This document shows positions 29,803 to 39,846 of a DNA stretch of 64,000 nt, piece after piece. The stretch spans positions 640,001 through 704,000 of the forward strand of contig OZ244799.1 in the NCBI GenBank assembly GCA_965219955.1, given 5' to 3'. Numbering within the stretch: position 1 is the stretch's first letter; the number at the start of each line of letters is the position of its first letter. The stretch comes from a bacterium. Lineage in GTDB: Bacteria > UBA8248. The position numbers were made by a program, and so were the translations under genes. The notes beneath the pieces are model-generated. The model was not told where the DNA came from. It did no database searches and was given only the letters and a program-made list of their open reading frames with translations.

Positions 29803-30492
29803 ATGAATGAGCCGATGTCGTTCTCACCCGTTCGCTCGAATGATTCCCGGAAAAAGCGGGCGCCTCGCGCGCGCTTGCGCCGCCATGCCGCCCTGGCCAT
29901 CGCCCTCGCTTTCCTCGTGAGCGGCTGCGTGACGCCCACGCCCAGGCGGCAGGGGAACATCTGCGAGGTGTTCGAGCAGCAGCCCGACTGGTACGACTAC
30001 GCCCGCGCCTCAGAGAAGCGCTGGGGCACGCCGGTGCACGTGCAGATGGCTTTCGTGTGGAAGGAGTCGAGCTTCCAGAGCCACGCGAGGCCGCCCATGC
30101 GGTGGTTCCTGTTCATCCCGCTCGGCCGCCCCTCCACGGCGCTCGGCTATGCGCAGCCCCTGAGCCCGACCTGGGGAGACTACAAGGCGGAGCGCGGCAG
30201 CATATTGAGCAGCCGCACGCGGATGAAGGATGCGCTCGATTTCATCGGCTGGTACAACGCCAAGACCCGGCGCGAACTGGGCATCTCCCTGCACGACGCG
30301 CACAGGCTCTACCTCGCCTATCACGAGGGAAGGGGCGGGTACCGGCGCGGAACGTGGAAGAAAAAGCCGAAACTGCGCCGCGCCGCGCGGCGCGTGGCCG
30401 AGACCGCCCGGCGCTACAAGGCCCAGCTCGCGCGATGCGATGCGAGGTTCCGGTGCGATTCCTGGTATCAGATCTGGCCCTTTTGCCGCTGA
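29803..30492 (+). CDS. SLT-like transglycosylase lipoprotein
   Basis: LVSGC lipobox; ESSF..ARPP, A.GYAQ and YLAYHEG.GGY motifs; start uncertain. Confidence 0.8.
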   Translation: MNEPMSFSPVRSNDSRKKRAPRARLRRHAALAIALAFLVSGCVTPTPRRQGNICEVFEQQPDWYDYARASEKRWGTPVHVQMAFVWKESSFQSHARPPMRWFLFIPLGRPSTALGYAQPLSPTWGDYKAERGSILSSRTRMKDALDFIGWYNAKTRRELGISLHDAHRLYLAYHEGRGGYRRGTWKKKPKLRRAARRVAETARRYKAQLARCDARFRCDSWYQIWPFCR

Positions 30493-30505
30493 TGAGGTGT
30501 TCTGA

Positions 30506-31186
30506 ATGTTTTCTTACCGTTTTCGTAGATTCCCCATGGTTGTCTTCGGTTTTTTGATCGCGCTTTTCGTCCTCGCGCCCGGCGTCGCCCAAGCGCAGGA
30601 GAAGGTGCTCGGCCGCTTCTCGGCGGGCGACCTCACGGGCTGGGAGCCCAAGAGCTTCGAGGGCGAGACCCGCTACCGCCTGACCAGGGACGGCGATGGC
30701 CAAACCGTGCTCGAAGCGGTGAGCAAGGCCGCTGCGTCCGGCCTCGTGTACGAGCGGAAGATCGACCTCACGAAAACGCCGGTGCTCATCTGGCGCTGGC
30801 GGGTCGAGCGCCCCGTCAACCCGCCGGATGAACTCTCGAAGGGAGGAGACGACTTCGCCGTCCGCGTCTATTTCCTGGCGCCCGGCGCCGGCTGGCTCTC
30901 TTTTCCCGATTCGGTGGTCTACGTCTGGGCCAGCAAACAGCCCGTAGGCTCCGCCTGGCCGAACCCCTACACCAAAAAGGCCCACATGGTCGCCGTCGAC
31001 TCGGGCGCGCGCCACGCCGGGCAGTGGCGCACCCATCGCCGGAACATGCGCGAGGATTTCAAGCGCTATTTCGGCCGCGACATCACCGGGATCACCCACA
31101 TCGCCATCATGACCGACACCGACAACAGCAAGCTCTCGGCCCGCGGCTGGTACGGCGACATCCGCGTCGCTCCCGCAAAGCCGTAA
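30506..31186 (+). CDS. DUF3047 domain protein
   Basis: AASGL, TP.L.WRW.V, GDDFAVRVY and IAIMTDTDN motifs. Confidence 0.85.
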   Translation: MFSYRFRRFPMVVFGFLIALFVLAPGVAQAQEKVLGRFSAGDLTGWEPKSFEGETRYRLTRDGDGQTVLEAVSKAAASGLVYERKIDLTKTPVLIWRWRVERPVNPPDELSKGGDDFAVRVYFLAPGAGWLSFPDSVVYVWASKQPVGSAWPNPYTKKAHMVAVDSGARHAGQWRTHRRNMREDFKRYFGRDITGITHIAIMTDTDNSKLSARGWYGDIRVAPAKP

Positions 31187-31231
31187 GGCGCTTCTCGCCG
31201 GGAAAACTTCCCCGTTTCCGGCGGCGCATGA

Positions 31232-31430
31232 GGGGCTGTTGAAAAAGTCCCCCAAGAGGGTTGTTCCTCCTCCCTCAATCGGGAGTGTTCACCGTCATTC
31301 CGGCGAAAGCCGGAATCCATTTTACGCCTTTTGCCTTTCGTCGGGGTTCCTGCGCATCGTCGGGGGACGAAACGCCGCCGTTCTTCCACCCGCACCCGCA
31401 AATGGATTCCGGCTTTCACCGGAATGACGA
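31232..31430. repeat. REP pair GTCATTCCGGCGAAAGCCGGAATCCA / inverted copy, preceded by GGGGCTGTTGAAAAAG
   Basis: 31294-31320 and 31403-31428. Confidence 0.85.
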
Positions 31431-31568
31431 CAGTGATCCATTTCGGGCGAGGAGCGTTTTTCTCCGAACCCGTCGCGACGCGCCCGGGGCCGTACGACTT
31501 CTGCGGTGATTGTTGTTTTTGGGACGTTCGGCGCCGGCGTGTGTCTTCGGTCGGCGCGGAGCCGCTCG

Positions 31569-32387
31569 CTACTCGCCGGGTTGTTCCTTGTGCTTTTCGA
31601 TGGCCGCCATCGCCTGTTCGCGGTCTTCGGAGTCTTCCACGCGGCCCGCCGTATCCATGGCGGCGTCGATTTGCCCGGCCTCCGCCTGCGCCACGGCGAT
31701 ATCCCGGTAAGCCCAGGAGCGATACAGCGCCTTGCCGATGCCGCTTGCGGAGTTGAGAGCGGCGGGGAAATCTCCCGCCTTCGCCTGGCCCGTGGCGATT
31801 TCCTGCAAGGCCCAGGAGCGCCAGGCGGGGTCGCCGATTTCGCGGGCGTCCTGAACGGCGGCGGTGAAATCCCCCACTCCGGCCATGTCCATGACGCTTA
31901 CCCACGCTTTTTCGGAAAGGCTTTTTTCGTCGCGGATCTCCTCGATCGCCTCCATGGCGGCGTTCATCGCATGGGAGGCGATTGCAGCGGCGGGACCGCT
32001 CTGAACGGCGGAGAAGTGCTTGAGCGCCTCCATCTGATCGTCGGGGTCGTCGATGCGGCGTATCGTCTCGATGGCTTCGCTGATATGCCCCGCCCTCGTC
32101 TGCGCGATGGCGATTTCCCGCAAGGCGGAGGCGTAGAAAAGAGAGCTTCCGATGCCCCGCGAGGTCTCGATGGCGGCGTCGATATCCCCCGCACGAGCCT
32201 GTTCGCCGGCGAGCTGACTCAGATGAATGGAGCGGTTGACGATCTCGCTGAGGAATCGGGTGTTTTCGGCTTCGGGCGTTTTCTCCCGGATTTCAGCGCT
32301 TTCCGGCAGGAATGAAGACGGAGCCGTCTCCTCGGCTTCGCGCGAACCCCCCAGAAATCGCTTGAAACTCCGGAGTAAGTTTTTCAT
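31569..32387 (-). CDS. Helical repeat (TPR-like) protein
   Basis: Repeated AL.EIA..Q..AG....A unit. Confidence 0.75.
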   Translation of the reverse strand: MKNLLRSFKRFLGGSREAEETAPSSFLPESAEIREKTPEAENTRFLSEIVNRSIHLSQLAGEQARAGDIDAAIETSRGIGSSLFYASALREIAIAQTRAGHISEAIETIRRIDDPDDQMEALKHFSAVQSGPAAAIASHAMNAAMEAIEEIRDEKSLSEKAWVSVMDMAGVGDFTAAVQDAREIGDPAWRSWALQEIATGQAKAGDFPAALNSASGIGKALYRSWAYRDIAVAQAEAGQIDAAMDTAGRVEDSEDREQAMAAIEKHKEQPGE

Positions 32388-32631
32388 ACGGCACCTCCCA
32401 TATCCCGTACGGGAGAGGTCGCCATGGTGCCAGGCGAACGTAAATATCACCTCGATATGATTGCATCGCGTTATGAAATCATTATCTTCGCATTTACTTT
32501 GCATTGCAATAAATTAAGGACTTCATCGCTGAAATTACGGATCCTCGCCATGAAAATGGGCGGCAGAATCGAAAAACCCGGAAACCGGCGGCCAACGCCG
32601 CATCCGCAGGGCAGGGGTAATACGCGGCTTA

Positions 32632-34668
32632 CTACTCCTCGATCGCCTCGGCGACGAGCTCTGCGATGTCGGCGGCGCGGATGCTCTTCTCCGGGTCGAG
32701 CGCCTTGAGCGCGTCGTCGAACATCTGCATGCAGAAAGGACACGACACGGCGGCGGTTTCGGCCCCGCAGGCCTTCACGTCGTCCAGCCGCTCGTGGTTG
32801 ATGCGCTTTTGGGGTTCATCGTCCATCCAGGCGTAGCCGCCGCCTGCGCCGCAGCAAAGCGAGCGCGAGCGGTTGCGCTTAAGTTCGGTGAAGCCGCCGT
32901 CCGATATCTGGTGGAGCACTTCGCGCGGGGCGTCGTATACGCCGTTGTGGCGGCCCAGGTAGCAGGGGTCGTGGTAGGTGAGGGAGCCGAGCGATTTCTT
33001 GAGCTTGAGTTTTCCCGATTTTATCAACTCCGCGATGAGCTGCGTGTGGTGCACCACCTCGTAGTTCCCCCCGAAATCGGGGTATTCGTTCTTGTACGTG
33101 TTGAAGCAATGCGGGCAGGTGGTGATGATTTTCTTGACCTCGTAGCCGTTCAGGGTCTCGATGTTCTGCTTCGCGCACATCTGGAAGGTGAATTCGCCCC
33201 CGACGCGCCGGGCCGGGTCGCCCGTGCAGACTTCCTCCGCGCCCAGGATGGCGAAGTCCACGTCCGCGGCTGTGAGAATCTTCACCATCGCCCTCGATAC
33301 CTCGATGTTGCGGTCGATCATCGAACCCGTGCAGCCCACCCAGTAGAGGTATTCCGCCTTCCCGCCGCTGGCGAGGACTTTCACGTCGAGCCCCTCGTAC
33401 CACTCCTCGCGGTTGTGCTGCGCGCCCACCCAGGGGTGGAGCCGCTCGTCCATGGATTTCAGGAACTGGCGCGCGTCCTCGCTCGTCTTCGATTCCATCA
33501 TCACCAGGTAGCGGCGCATGTCCACCATTTTGGGGATGTGCTCGATGAAGACGGGGCACTCCTGCTGGCAGGCCCCGCAGGTGCGGCAGCCCCAGAGCTC
33601 TTCTTCCAGGACAGCCGGATTGTCCGCCGGCTCGCCGAACAGGGGCGGCCTCTCGCTCGCCTCGCCGTTTTCCGCAAGCGCCGCAGGTCCCGCCTCGCTC
33701 AGGTGCGCCTTCATGTCCTGGATCAGCTTTTTGGGGCTGAGCGGCACGCCGCTCATGTAGGCGGGGCAGACGTCCTGGCAGCGGCCGCAGTTCGTGCAGG
33801 CGTCCAGGTCCAGCAGGTTCTTCCAGGTGTATCCCTCGATTTTCTCCACCCCCAGGGTTTCGATGGCCTCGGGGTCGGCTTCCATCGTCGCCTCGATGTC
33901 GATGAAGCTCAGCTTGCCGCTGGGGCCGAGGTTTCTGCAGAACATGTTCAGCAGGCCGTACCAGATGTGGTTGAACTTCCCGAAGCCCATGTAGCCGAGC
34001 AGCACGAACGCGGAAATCGCGTGGAACCACCAGTTGATGCGGTGGAGGAACCGGAGCGTCTCCACGCTCAGTCCCTGGAGGGTCAGGGCGACCGCGTAGC
34101 CGCCCGGCGACCACGGGGCCAGGGACGGGTTGTCCCGTAGTTCCGTCGCCGCGATGCGAAGCCCCTCCACGACGAAGCCCTGCACGAAGACGAGCAGGAG
34201 CAGCCACAGCGCGATGTAGTCGTCGAGCACCGAGTTCATGCGCTCGGGCTTCACCACCAGACGCCGCCAGAGAGCCATCACGATGCCGACGATCCCCAAC
34301 AGCCCGAAGCCGTCGCTCAGCAGCGAGTAGCCCAGGTAGAGGTTTCCCTTGAGGTAGTGGATTCCCGTCCATTCCTGAACGGCTATCATGGAGGTGGCGA
34401 TGAGTTCGGCGAAAAAGCCGTAGAAGATGAACAGATGGATGAGACCGGGGTAGGTATCCCGCAGCATCCGGCGGTGGAGCACCAGTTCGTCCACGACGCC
34501 CCAGAGGCGTTTTGCCGGATTATCGGTTCTGAGCTCCCCCCCGCCCAGGCGCCAGAGGCGCACGCGCTGGTAGATGCCGTAGGACATCACGCCGATGGCT
34601 GCCGCGGCGAAGAGGTAGACCAGGGGGCCTAGGACGATGTTCCAGTAGATTTCCCGGGTGGGTGTCAT
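32632..34668 (-). CDS. Membrane Fe-S oxidoreductase, HdrD/FadF-like with CCG domains
   Basis: N-terminal TM region, two CxxCxxCxxxCP motifs, [19 protein letters not shown] and CPFC. Confidence 0.92.
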   Translation of the reverse strand: MTPTREIYWNIVLGPLVYLFAAAAIGVMSYGIYQRVRLWRLGGGELRTDNPAKRLWGVVDELVLHRRMLRDTYPGLIHLFIFYGFFAELIATSMIAVQEWTGIHYLKGNLYLGYSLLSDGFGLLGIVGIVMALWRRLVVKPERMNSVLDDYIALWLLLLVFVQGFVVEGLRIAATELRDNPSLAPWSPGGYAVALTLQGLSVETLRFLHRINWWFHAISAFVLLGYMGFGKFNHIWYGLLNMFCRNLGPSGKLSFIDIEATMEADPEAIETLGVEKIEGYTWKNLLDLDACTNCGRCQDVCPAYMSGVPLSPKKLIQDMKAHLSEAGPAALAENGEASERPPLFGEPADNPAVLEEELWGCRTCGACQQECPVFIEHIPKMVDMRRYLVMMESKTSEDARQFLKSMDERLHPWVGAQHNREEWYEGLDVKVLASGGKAEYLYWVGCTGSMIDRNIEVSRAMVKILTAADVDFAILGAEEVCTGDPARRVGGEFTFQMCAKQNIETLNGYEVKKIITTCPHCFNTYKNEYPDFGGNYEVVHHTQLIAELIKSGKLKLKKSLGSLTYHDPCYLGRHNGVYDAPREVLHQISDGGFTELKRNRSRSLCCGAGGGYAWMDDEPQKRINHERLDDVKACGAETAAVSCPFCMQMFDDALKALDPEKSIRAADIAELVAEAIEE

Positions 34669-34839
34669 GTGAGAATCCTGTGGGGCGATTCGTTGCGTTT
34701 TCGTTCATTGCTGATTTCCCGAGGTTACGAAAACTCGGCCGAAAAGTCGATACACGCCCGGGTTCATTTGAAACGTGGTCTTCTTTACTTGATAATCATT
34801 CCTGGAACCTTCAGAAGCACATGGGGAAGGAGGCGGCGG

Positions 34840-35253
34840 ATGAGCGAGAGAAAAATTCGGGTGCTGGTCGGAAAACCCGGCCTCGACGGCCACGACCGGG
34901 GGGCGAAGGTGGTCGCGCGCGCGCTCCGTGACGCCGGCATGGAGGTCATTTACACGGGCATCCGCCAGACGCCCGAGCAAATCGCCTCGACCGCCATGCA
35001 GGAAGACGTCGACTGCGTGGGTCTCTCGATACTTTCGGGCGCGCACAACCACCTGTTTCCCAGAATCCGTGAATTGCTGGATTCGCACGGCATGGACGAC
35101 GTCCTGCTCTTTGGCGGCGGCATCGTGCCGGATGACGACATTCCCTTTCTCAAGGAAAACGGGGTGGACGAGATTTTCACCCCCGGCGCGACGATGGAGG
35201 ATATCGTCGCCTATGTGCGCGAAACGGTGTCCGGGCGCAGGGAGAGCGCCTGA
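34840..35253 (+). CDS. Cobalamin-binding subunit of methylmalonyl-CoA mutase family
   Basis: [24 protein letters not shown] and FTPG motifs. Confidence 0.93.
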   Translation: MSERKIRVLVGKPGLDGHDRGAKVVARALRDAGMEVIYTGIRQTPEQIASTAMQEDVDCVGLSILSGAHNHLFPRIRELLDSHGMDDVLLFGGGIVPDDDIPFLKENGVDEIFTPGATMEDIVAYVRETVSGRRESA

Positions 35254-35355
35254 GGTCGCGGCTTCATTGCGGCGCGAAGGCGCAGTTCGTATACTGCGCG
35301 CTCATGAGCGGGACGGGGCGCTTCCTTCTGAACGGGAAACTCTTGGAGCGGCTGG

Positions 35356-35826
35356 ATGAAGAACTTTTGGTTCATGGGATTGGCGGTCTGCTTGCTGCTC
35401 GTCTCCGCCTGTCAGCAAAAGCCCATCGAAAGGGCGGTGCGCGGTTCTCTTGCCCCTGCGGAGGAGAACGTGGTCGTCACGTCCTACTGCCAGAGTTGTC
35501 ATCTTCACGCGAGTTTCCAGGAGGCGCCCCACATCGAGAAGCAACAGCTTCGCTATGACGAGAAGAGCCCGCTGCGCGCCACCACCCGGTGCCTCGCATG
35601 CCACCTCGTTCGTCCCGAGACGTTCTTCAAGGAAGAGCTGCGCAGCACCACCTTTCCGCACGGCGCGTTGGTCGACATCGCCAAGATACCCAAGCCGAAG
35701 CCCGCGCCCCTCCTGAAAAGAGAGAAAGGGCCGGGGTCTGCGCCCAAGCAAGAGGCTCCCCCCGAAGTCAAGAAGAAAGAGCCCGCGAAGAAGAAAAAGC
35801 GCTGGTATTTCCTTTATCTCTTCTGA
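35356..35826 (+). CDS. Diheme cytochrome c lipoprotein
   Basis: LVSAC lipobox; CQSCH and CLACH; K/P-rich tail. Confidence 0.75.
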   Translation: MKNFWFMGLAVCLLLVSACQQKPIERAVRGSLAPAEENVVVTSYCQSCHLHASFQEAPHIEKQQLRYDEKSPLRATTRCLACHLVRPETFFKEELRSTTFPHGALVDIAKIPKPKPAPLLKREKGPGSAPKQEAPPEVKKKEPAKKKKRWYFLYLF

Positions 35827-36623
35827 GTCGGGTCGAGCAGGTCTCTCAGCCCGTCGCCCAGGATGTTCAGGCCCATGACGGTGAGGGCGATGGCGATTCC
35901 CGGATAAATCGTCAGGTGCGGGGCGACGAGCAGAAAATCGCGCCCCTCGGCCAGCATCGCCCCCCAGCTCGGCTCGGGCGGCTGAATCCCCAGTCCCAGG
36001 AACGAGAGCCCGGATTCGGCGAGGATCGCTCCCGCCATGCCGATGCTCGCCTCCACGATGACCGGGGAGATGACGTTCGCGAGCAGATGGAGGGTGAGGA
36101 TTCGCCCGGGCGTGGCGCCCGCGGCGTGGGCGGCGATCACGAATTCGCGCTCGCGCAATGCCAGCACCTGCGCGCGGACGAGGCGCGCGTAGCCCACCCA
36201 TCCGAACACCGAGAGCGATATGACGATGTTCCACAGGCTCGGCGCGAGCACGGACATGAGGGCGATGGCGAGCAGGATGCCGGGAAAGGCCAGGAACACG
36301 TCGGTGACGCGCATGATCGCCTCATCCCACACACCGCCGAGATAGCCTGCGATTCCCCCGATGATGACGCCCAGCAGCACGGACACCGAGACGGCGGCGA
36401 AGCCCACGGTGAGCGAGATCCTCCCGCCGTGTAAGACGCGGCTCAGGATGTCGCGGCCGAGCTTGTCCCGCCCGAAGGGGTGCGCCGTCTCGGGAGCCGC
36501 CAGCCCTTGCGCCAGTTCCATCTCATAGGGATTTTGGGGCGAGAGGAGGGGAGCTGCCAGGGTGGCGGCCAGCAAGAGGGCGATCATGCCGCCTCCGAGA
36601 TAGATGGACAGCCTGCGCCTCAT
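35814..36623 (-). CDS. Peptide ABC transporter permease (DppC/OppC)
   Basis: HPFGRDKLGRD, REFVIAA.A.GA and PSWGAML motifs. Confidence 0.92.
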   Translation of the reverse strand: MRRRLSIYLGGGMIALLLAATLAAPLLSPQNPYEMELAQGLAAPETAHPFGRDKLGRDILSRVLHGGRISLTVGFAAVSVSVLLGVIIGGIAGYLGGVWDEAIMRVTDVFLAFPGILLAIALMSVLAPSLWNIVISLSVFGWVGYARLVRAQVLALREREFVIAAHAAGATPGRILTLHLLANVISPVIVEASIGMAGAILAESGLSFLGLGIQPPEPSWGAMLAEGRDFLLVAPHLTIYPGIAIALTVMGLNILGDGLRDLLDPTQKR

Positions 36624-37540
36624 GTGAGCCTCACGCGCGGGTCGAGCCAGGCGTAGGCGATGTCTGCCAGAAAGTTCGCGCTCACGTAGACGGCGGCGAT
36701 GAAAAGCACGCAGCCCTGCACGAGGGGGTAGTCGCGAGACGCGATGGCCTGGATCACCAGGCGGCCCACGCCGGGCCAGGCGAAGACGGTCTCGGTGATG
36801 ATGGCGCCCGAGAGCAGGGCGCCGAGCTGGAGGCTCAGGATCGTGATGAGTGGCAGGCACGCGTTCTTGAGCGCGTGGAGCCAGAGCACCTTTTTCTCGG
36901 AAATGCCCTTGGCGCGCGCCGTGCTGATGTAGTCTTGCGGCAGCACGTCCAGCAGGCTCGAGCGCGCCATGCGCATCAGTATCGGCGAGAGCGCGGCGCC
37001 GAGCGTGACGGCGGGGAGGATGAGGCTCAACACTCCCTCCCGGCCCGAGACGGGGAACCAGCCCAGGTTGATGGAGAAGACGATGATGAGCAGCGGCCCG
37101 AGCCAGAAGACGGGCATGCTCGCGCCCGCCACGGCGAGAAAGCCTGCCCCCAGGTCGAGCGCCGTGCCCTGTCGGCGCGCCGCGGCGATTCCCAGCGGGA
37201 GCGAGATGAGCAGCGCCACGGCCATCGAGGCGAGCGTGAGTTCCGCCGAGGCGTAGGTGCGCTCGAAGATGATGGCCGACACCGCTCTTTTCTGGTGGAG
37301 CGAATTCCCTAAGTCTCCGCGCAGGAGACCTCCCATGTAATCGGCGTATTGAACGCCGAGCGGCCTGTCCAGCCCCAGCGTCTTGCGCAGTTGTTCGCGC
37401 TGGGCGGGGCGGGCGGTTTCGCCCAGCATCAGGTCCACCGGGTCGCCCGGCAGCACCTGGGTGACGATGAAGACGAGCGTCATCACCCCCCACAGGACGG
37501 GGATGAGGAGCAGAATGCGTCTCAGGAGGAATTTTCTCAT
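36620..37540 (-). CDS. Peptide ABC transporter permease (DppB/OppB)
   Basis: GLDRPL.VQY, TARAKG and ETVFAWPGVG motifs. Confidence 0.93.
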   Translation of the reverse strand: MRKFLLRRILLLIPVLWGVMTLVFIVTQVLPGDPVDLMLGETARPAQREQLRKTLGLDRPLGVQYADYMGGLLRGDLGNSLHQKRAVSAIIFERTYASAELTLASMAVALLISLPLGIAAARRQGTALDLGAGFLAVAGASMPVFWLGPLLIIVFSINLGWFPVSGREGVLSLILPAVTLGAALSPILMRMARSSLLDVLPQDYISTARAKGISEKKVLWLHALKNACLPLITILSLQLGALLSGAIITETVFAWPGVGRLVIQAIASRDYPLVQGCVLFIAAVYVSANFLADIAYAWLDPRVRLT

Positions 37541-39118
37541 TTATCGCCTCGCCGCCGGGGAGAGGGTGGCTTTCGCGAGCGAGATGAAGTCCGCGTCCGG
37601 GAACACCCGGTAGCCCGATATGCGCCTGTCGAAGACGGCCACGTTCACGCTGTGCCAAAGATTGATGTAGGGAAGCTCGCGGCCCAGGATGCGCTGCACC
37701 TCGCCGTAGATGCGGGCGCGGGCCTCGGGCGCGATGGGTTGGCGAGCTTTCTCCAGAAGCGTGTCGATGCGCGCGTTTTTGTAGAGGCCCCGGTTGAGTC
37801 CGGCCGGAGGGATGAAGCGGCTGTGAAAGATATAGCGGTAGATGTCGGGGTCGGATATGCCGACCCACGTCAGGCTGTAGAGCTGGAAATTCCCGTTTCT
37901 GATGTCGCCGAAAAACGTCCCCCACTCGTAGGAGCGGATTTTCATCTTGATTCCCACGCGGGCGAGCTGATGGCCGAGCACGGTGGCGATGCGGCGTCCC
38001 AGTTCGTTTTGCGAGGTCTTGTAGACGAGCGTGAAACGCGGTTCGGGCCCCGGCCCGTCGGGGTCGGGGTAGCCCGCCGCATCGAGGAGTTTCATCGCCA
38101 GCTCCGGGCGGTGCGCGTAGTCGGGGAGGCCCTTTCGGTGCGCCCAGTGATCCGGCGGCAGCAGGCTGTCCGCCTCCTGGACGAGGCCCTTGTGGATGAA
38201 GCGCACGATGGGCCGCCTGTCGATGGCGTGGGCGATCGCGCGCCGCACCTCGAGTTTGGAGAGAATCGGGTCGCTCATGTTGAAGCCGATGTAGGTGAAG
38301 TTCGTGCCCAGGCGCTTTCGAATCTTGAGCCGCTTGTTCTTGATGAAGCGCGGCAGAATATCGGGCGAAAAAGCGTTCTGGAGAAAATCGACCCCTCCGC
38401 TTTCGAGTTCCAGGACGCGGATGGTCTCCTCCGGCAGAATCCGGAAGATGAGGCGCTCGAAGGCGGGTTTGCCGCCGAAATAGCCGGCGAACGCCTTGAG
38501 GGTGATTCGCTCGTCCGGCGTGAATTCCACGAACTCGAACGGGCCGGTGCCGACGGGTTTTCGGGCGAATCGGCTCCCCGCCTCGCGTGAGCTTTTGGGG
38601 AGAATGCCGATCATGAGGGATTCTGCGAACGAGGCGGAGGGTTCTTTGAGATGAAAGACGACGCTGTGCGGCGTGGGCGTTTCGATGCGCGCGAGTTCAT
38701 TGAGTCCCGCCGCCCTGGGGGAGGCGAGCGAGGGGTCGCGAATGGAGTCGAAAGTGTATTTCACGTCGGACGAGGTGAGGGCTTCGCCGTTGTGGAACCG
38801 CACCCCGCGTTTGAGTTCGAAGCGGTGGACGAGAGGCGTGGGCCGCTCCCATTTCTCGGCGAGTTCCAGGACGATGCGGCCCTCGTGGTCATTCGATATC
38901 AGGCGGCTGAAGATGAAGCGCTGCACCTTGGAGGAGATGGCGTCCTGCGACAGCCTCGGGTCGAGTTGCGTGGGGTTGGTTCCGATGCCGACGACGATGG
39001 CGTCGTTTTTTGGGGAACGCTCCTCCCCGCAGCCGGATAGAAACGCGCACGCGAACGAGAGAACGAGAAGAGCGAGCGATTTATTTCTCATCTGGTCATA
39101 CCGGTGGGCGAGAGACAT
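37541..39118 (-). CDS. Peptide ABC transporter substrate-binding lipoprotein
   Basis: LSGC lipobox; FHNG..LT..DV, PVGTGPF and VRRAIAHAIDR motifs. Confidence 0.92.
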   Translation of the reverse strand: MSLAHRYDQMRNKSLALLVLSFACAFLSGCGEERSPKNDAIVVGIGTNPTQLDPRLSQDAISSKVQRFIFSRLISNDHEGRIVLELAEKWERPTPLVHRFELKRGVRFHNGEALTSSDVKYTFDSIRDPSLASPRAAGLNELARIETPTPHSVVFHLKEPSASFAESLMIGILPKSSREAGSRFARKPVGTGPFEFVEFTPDERITLKAFAGYFGGKPAFERLIFRILPEETIRVLELESGGVDFLQNAFSPDILPRFIKNKRLKIRKRLGTNFTYIGFNMSDPILSKLEVRRAIAHAIDRRPIVRFIHKGLVQEADSLLPPDHWAHRKGLPDYAHRPELAMKLLDAAGYPDPDGPGPEPRFTLVYKTSQNELGRRIATVLGHQLARVGIKMKIRSYEWGTFFGDIRNGNFQLYSLTWVGISDPDIYRYIFHSRFIPPAGLNRGLYKNARIDTLLEKARQPIAPEARARIYGEVQRILGRELPYINLWHSVNVAVFDRRISGYRVFPDADFISLAKATLSPAARR

Positions 39119-39246
39119 CTGGAGATTCGCATACGCCGCGTCTCATCGTCAACGCGGCGCGTCCTCGTGGTTTACAGCCCGTTCCGGGCGGATTAAGATT
39201 CCCCCCGCTGGTGATTATTGACTCGATGATCCGGAGGTTTTCCCCG

Positions 39247-39795
39247 ATGAGATGGAGCAGGTGTCATTTGAAGCGAACTTTGCGCCTGGTGGTGACGGCG
39301 CTCGCTTTCGTATTCATGAGTGTGAGCGTGGCGACGGCCGCGCCATTCGATGAGAATCGCCCCAAGGTGGGGGAGGAGGCGCGTGAGTTCGAAATTCAGG
39401 GCTTCAAGCTGTCCGACCTCAAGGGCAAGAAGAATCTCGTGATGGTTTTCTACCGGGGCCACTTCTGAGTCATTTGCCAGCGGCAACTCGTCGAGTTCCA
39501 GAGATTTTCCGGGAAAATACACGGGCTTCAGACCGAAATCATCGCCGTCAGTGCGGACAATGCGCTTGAAATGAACAGGACGACCCGGGAGTTGGGCATC
39601 CGGTATCTGCTGATCTCGGACCCGAAGAAGCGAATCATTCAACACTTCGGGGTGCTGCATCCCAGAGAAGGGATCGCCCGGCCCGCCACCATCATCATCG
39701 ACAAGAGCGGCGTGGTTCGCTACGTTCACGTGGGCAAATACCCCAGCGACCGCCCCTCGGTTCAGCAGGTGATGCAGGCCCTCGCTTTTTTGTGA
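39247..39795 (+). CDS. Exported peroxiredoxin-like (AhpC/TSA) selenoprotein (UxxC; Sec at TGA 39466-39468)
   Basis: FYRGHF-TGA-VICQRQL reads in frame into IIAVSAD..LISDP..ARPATIIIDK; GGAGG RBS; signal peptide. Confidence 0.88.
39485..39497 (+). promoter_or_regulatory. Putative bacterial SECIS hairpin
   Basis: AACTC-GTC-GAGTT; loop G is 22 nt after the UGA. Confidence 0.55.
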
Positions 39796-39846
39796 GTTGA
39801 ATTCCCGGTACTCCCGCCCCCGCCCGGCGCGTAACGGACACCGAAT

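Noticed and set aside
36624-37925. 703-aa ORF and other long antisense or off-frame ORFs
   Set aside because: High-GC shadow frames; the real dppC starts at 36623
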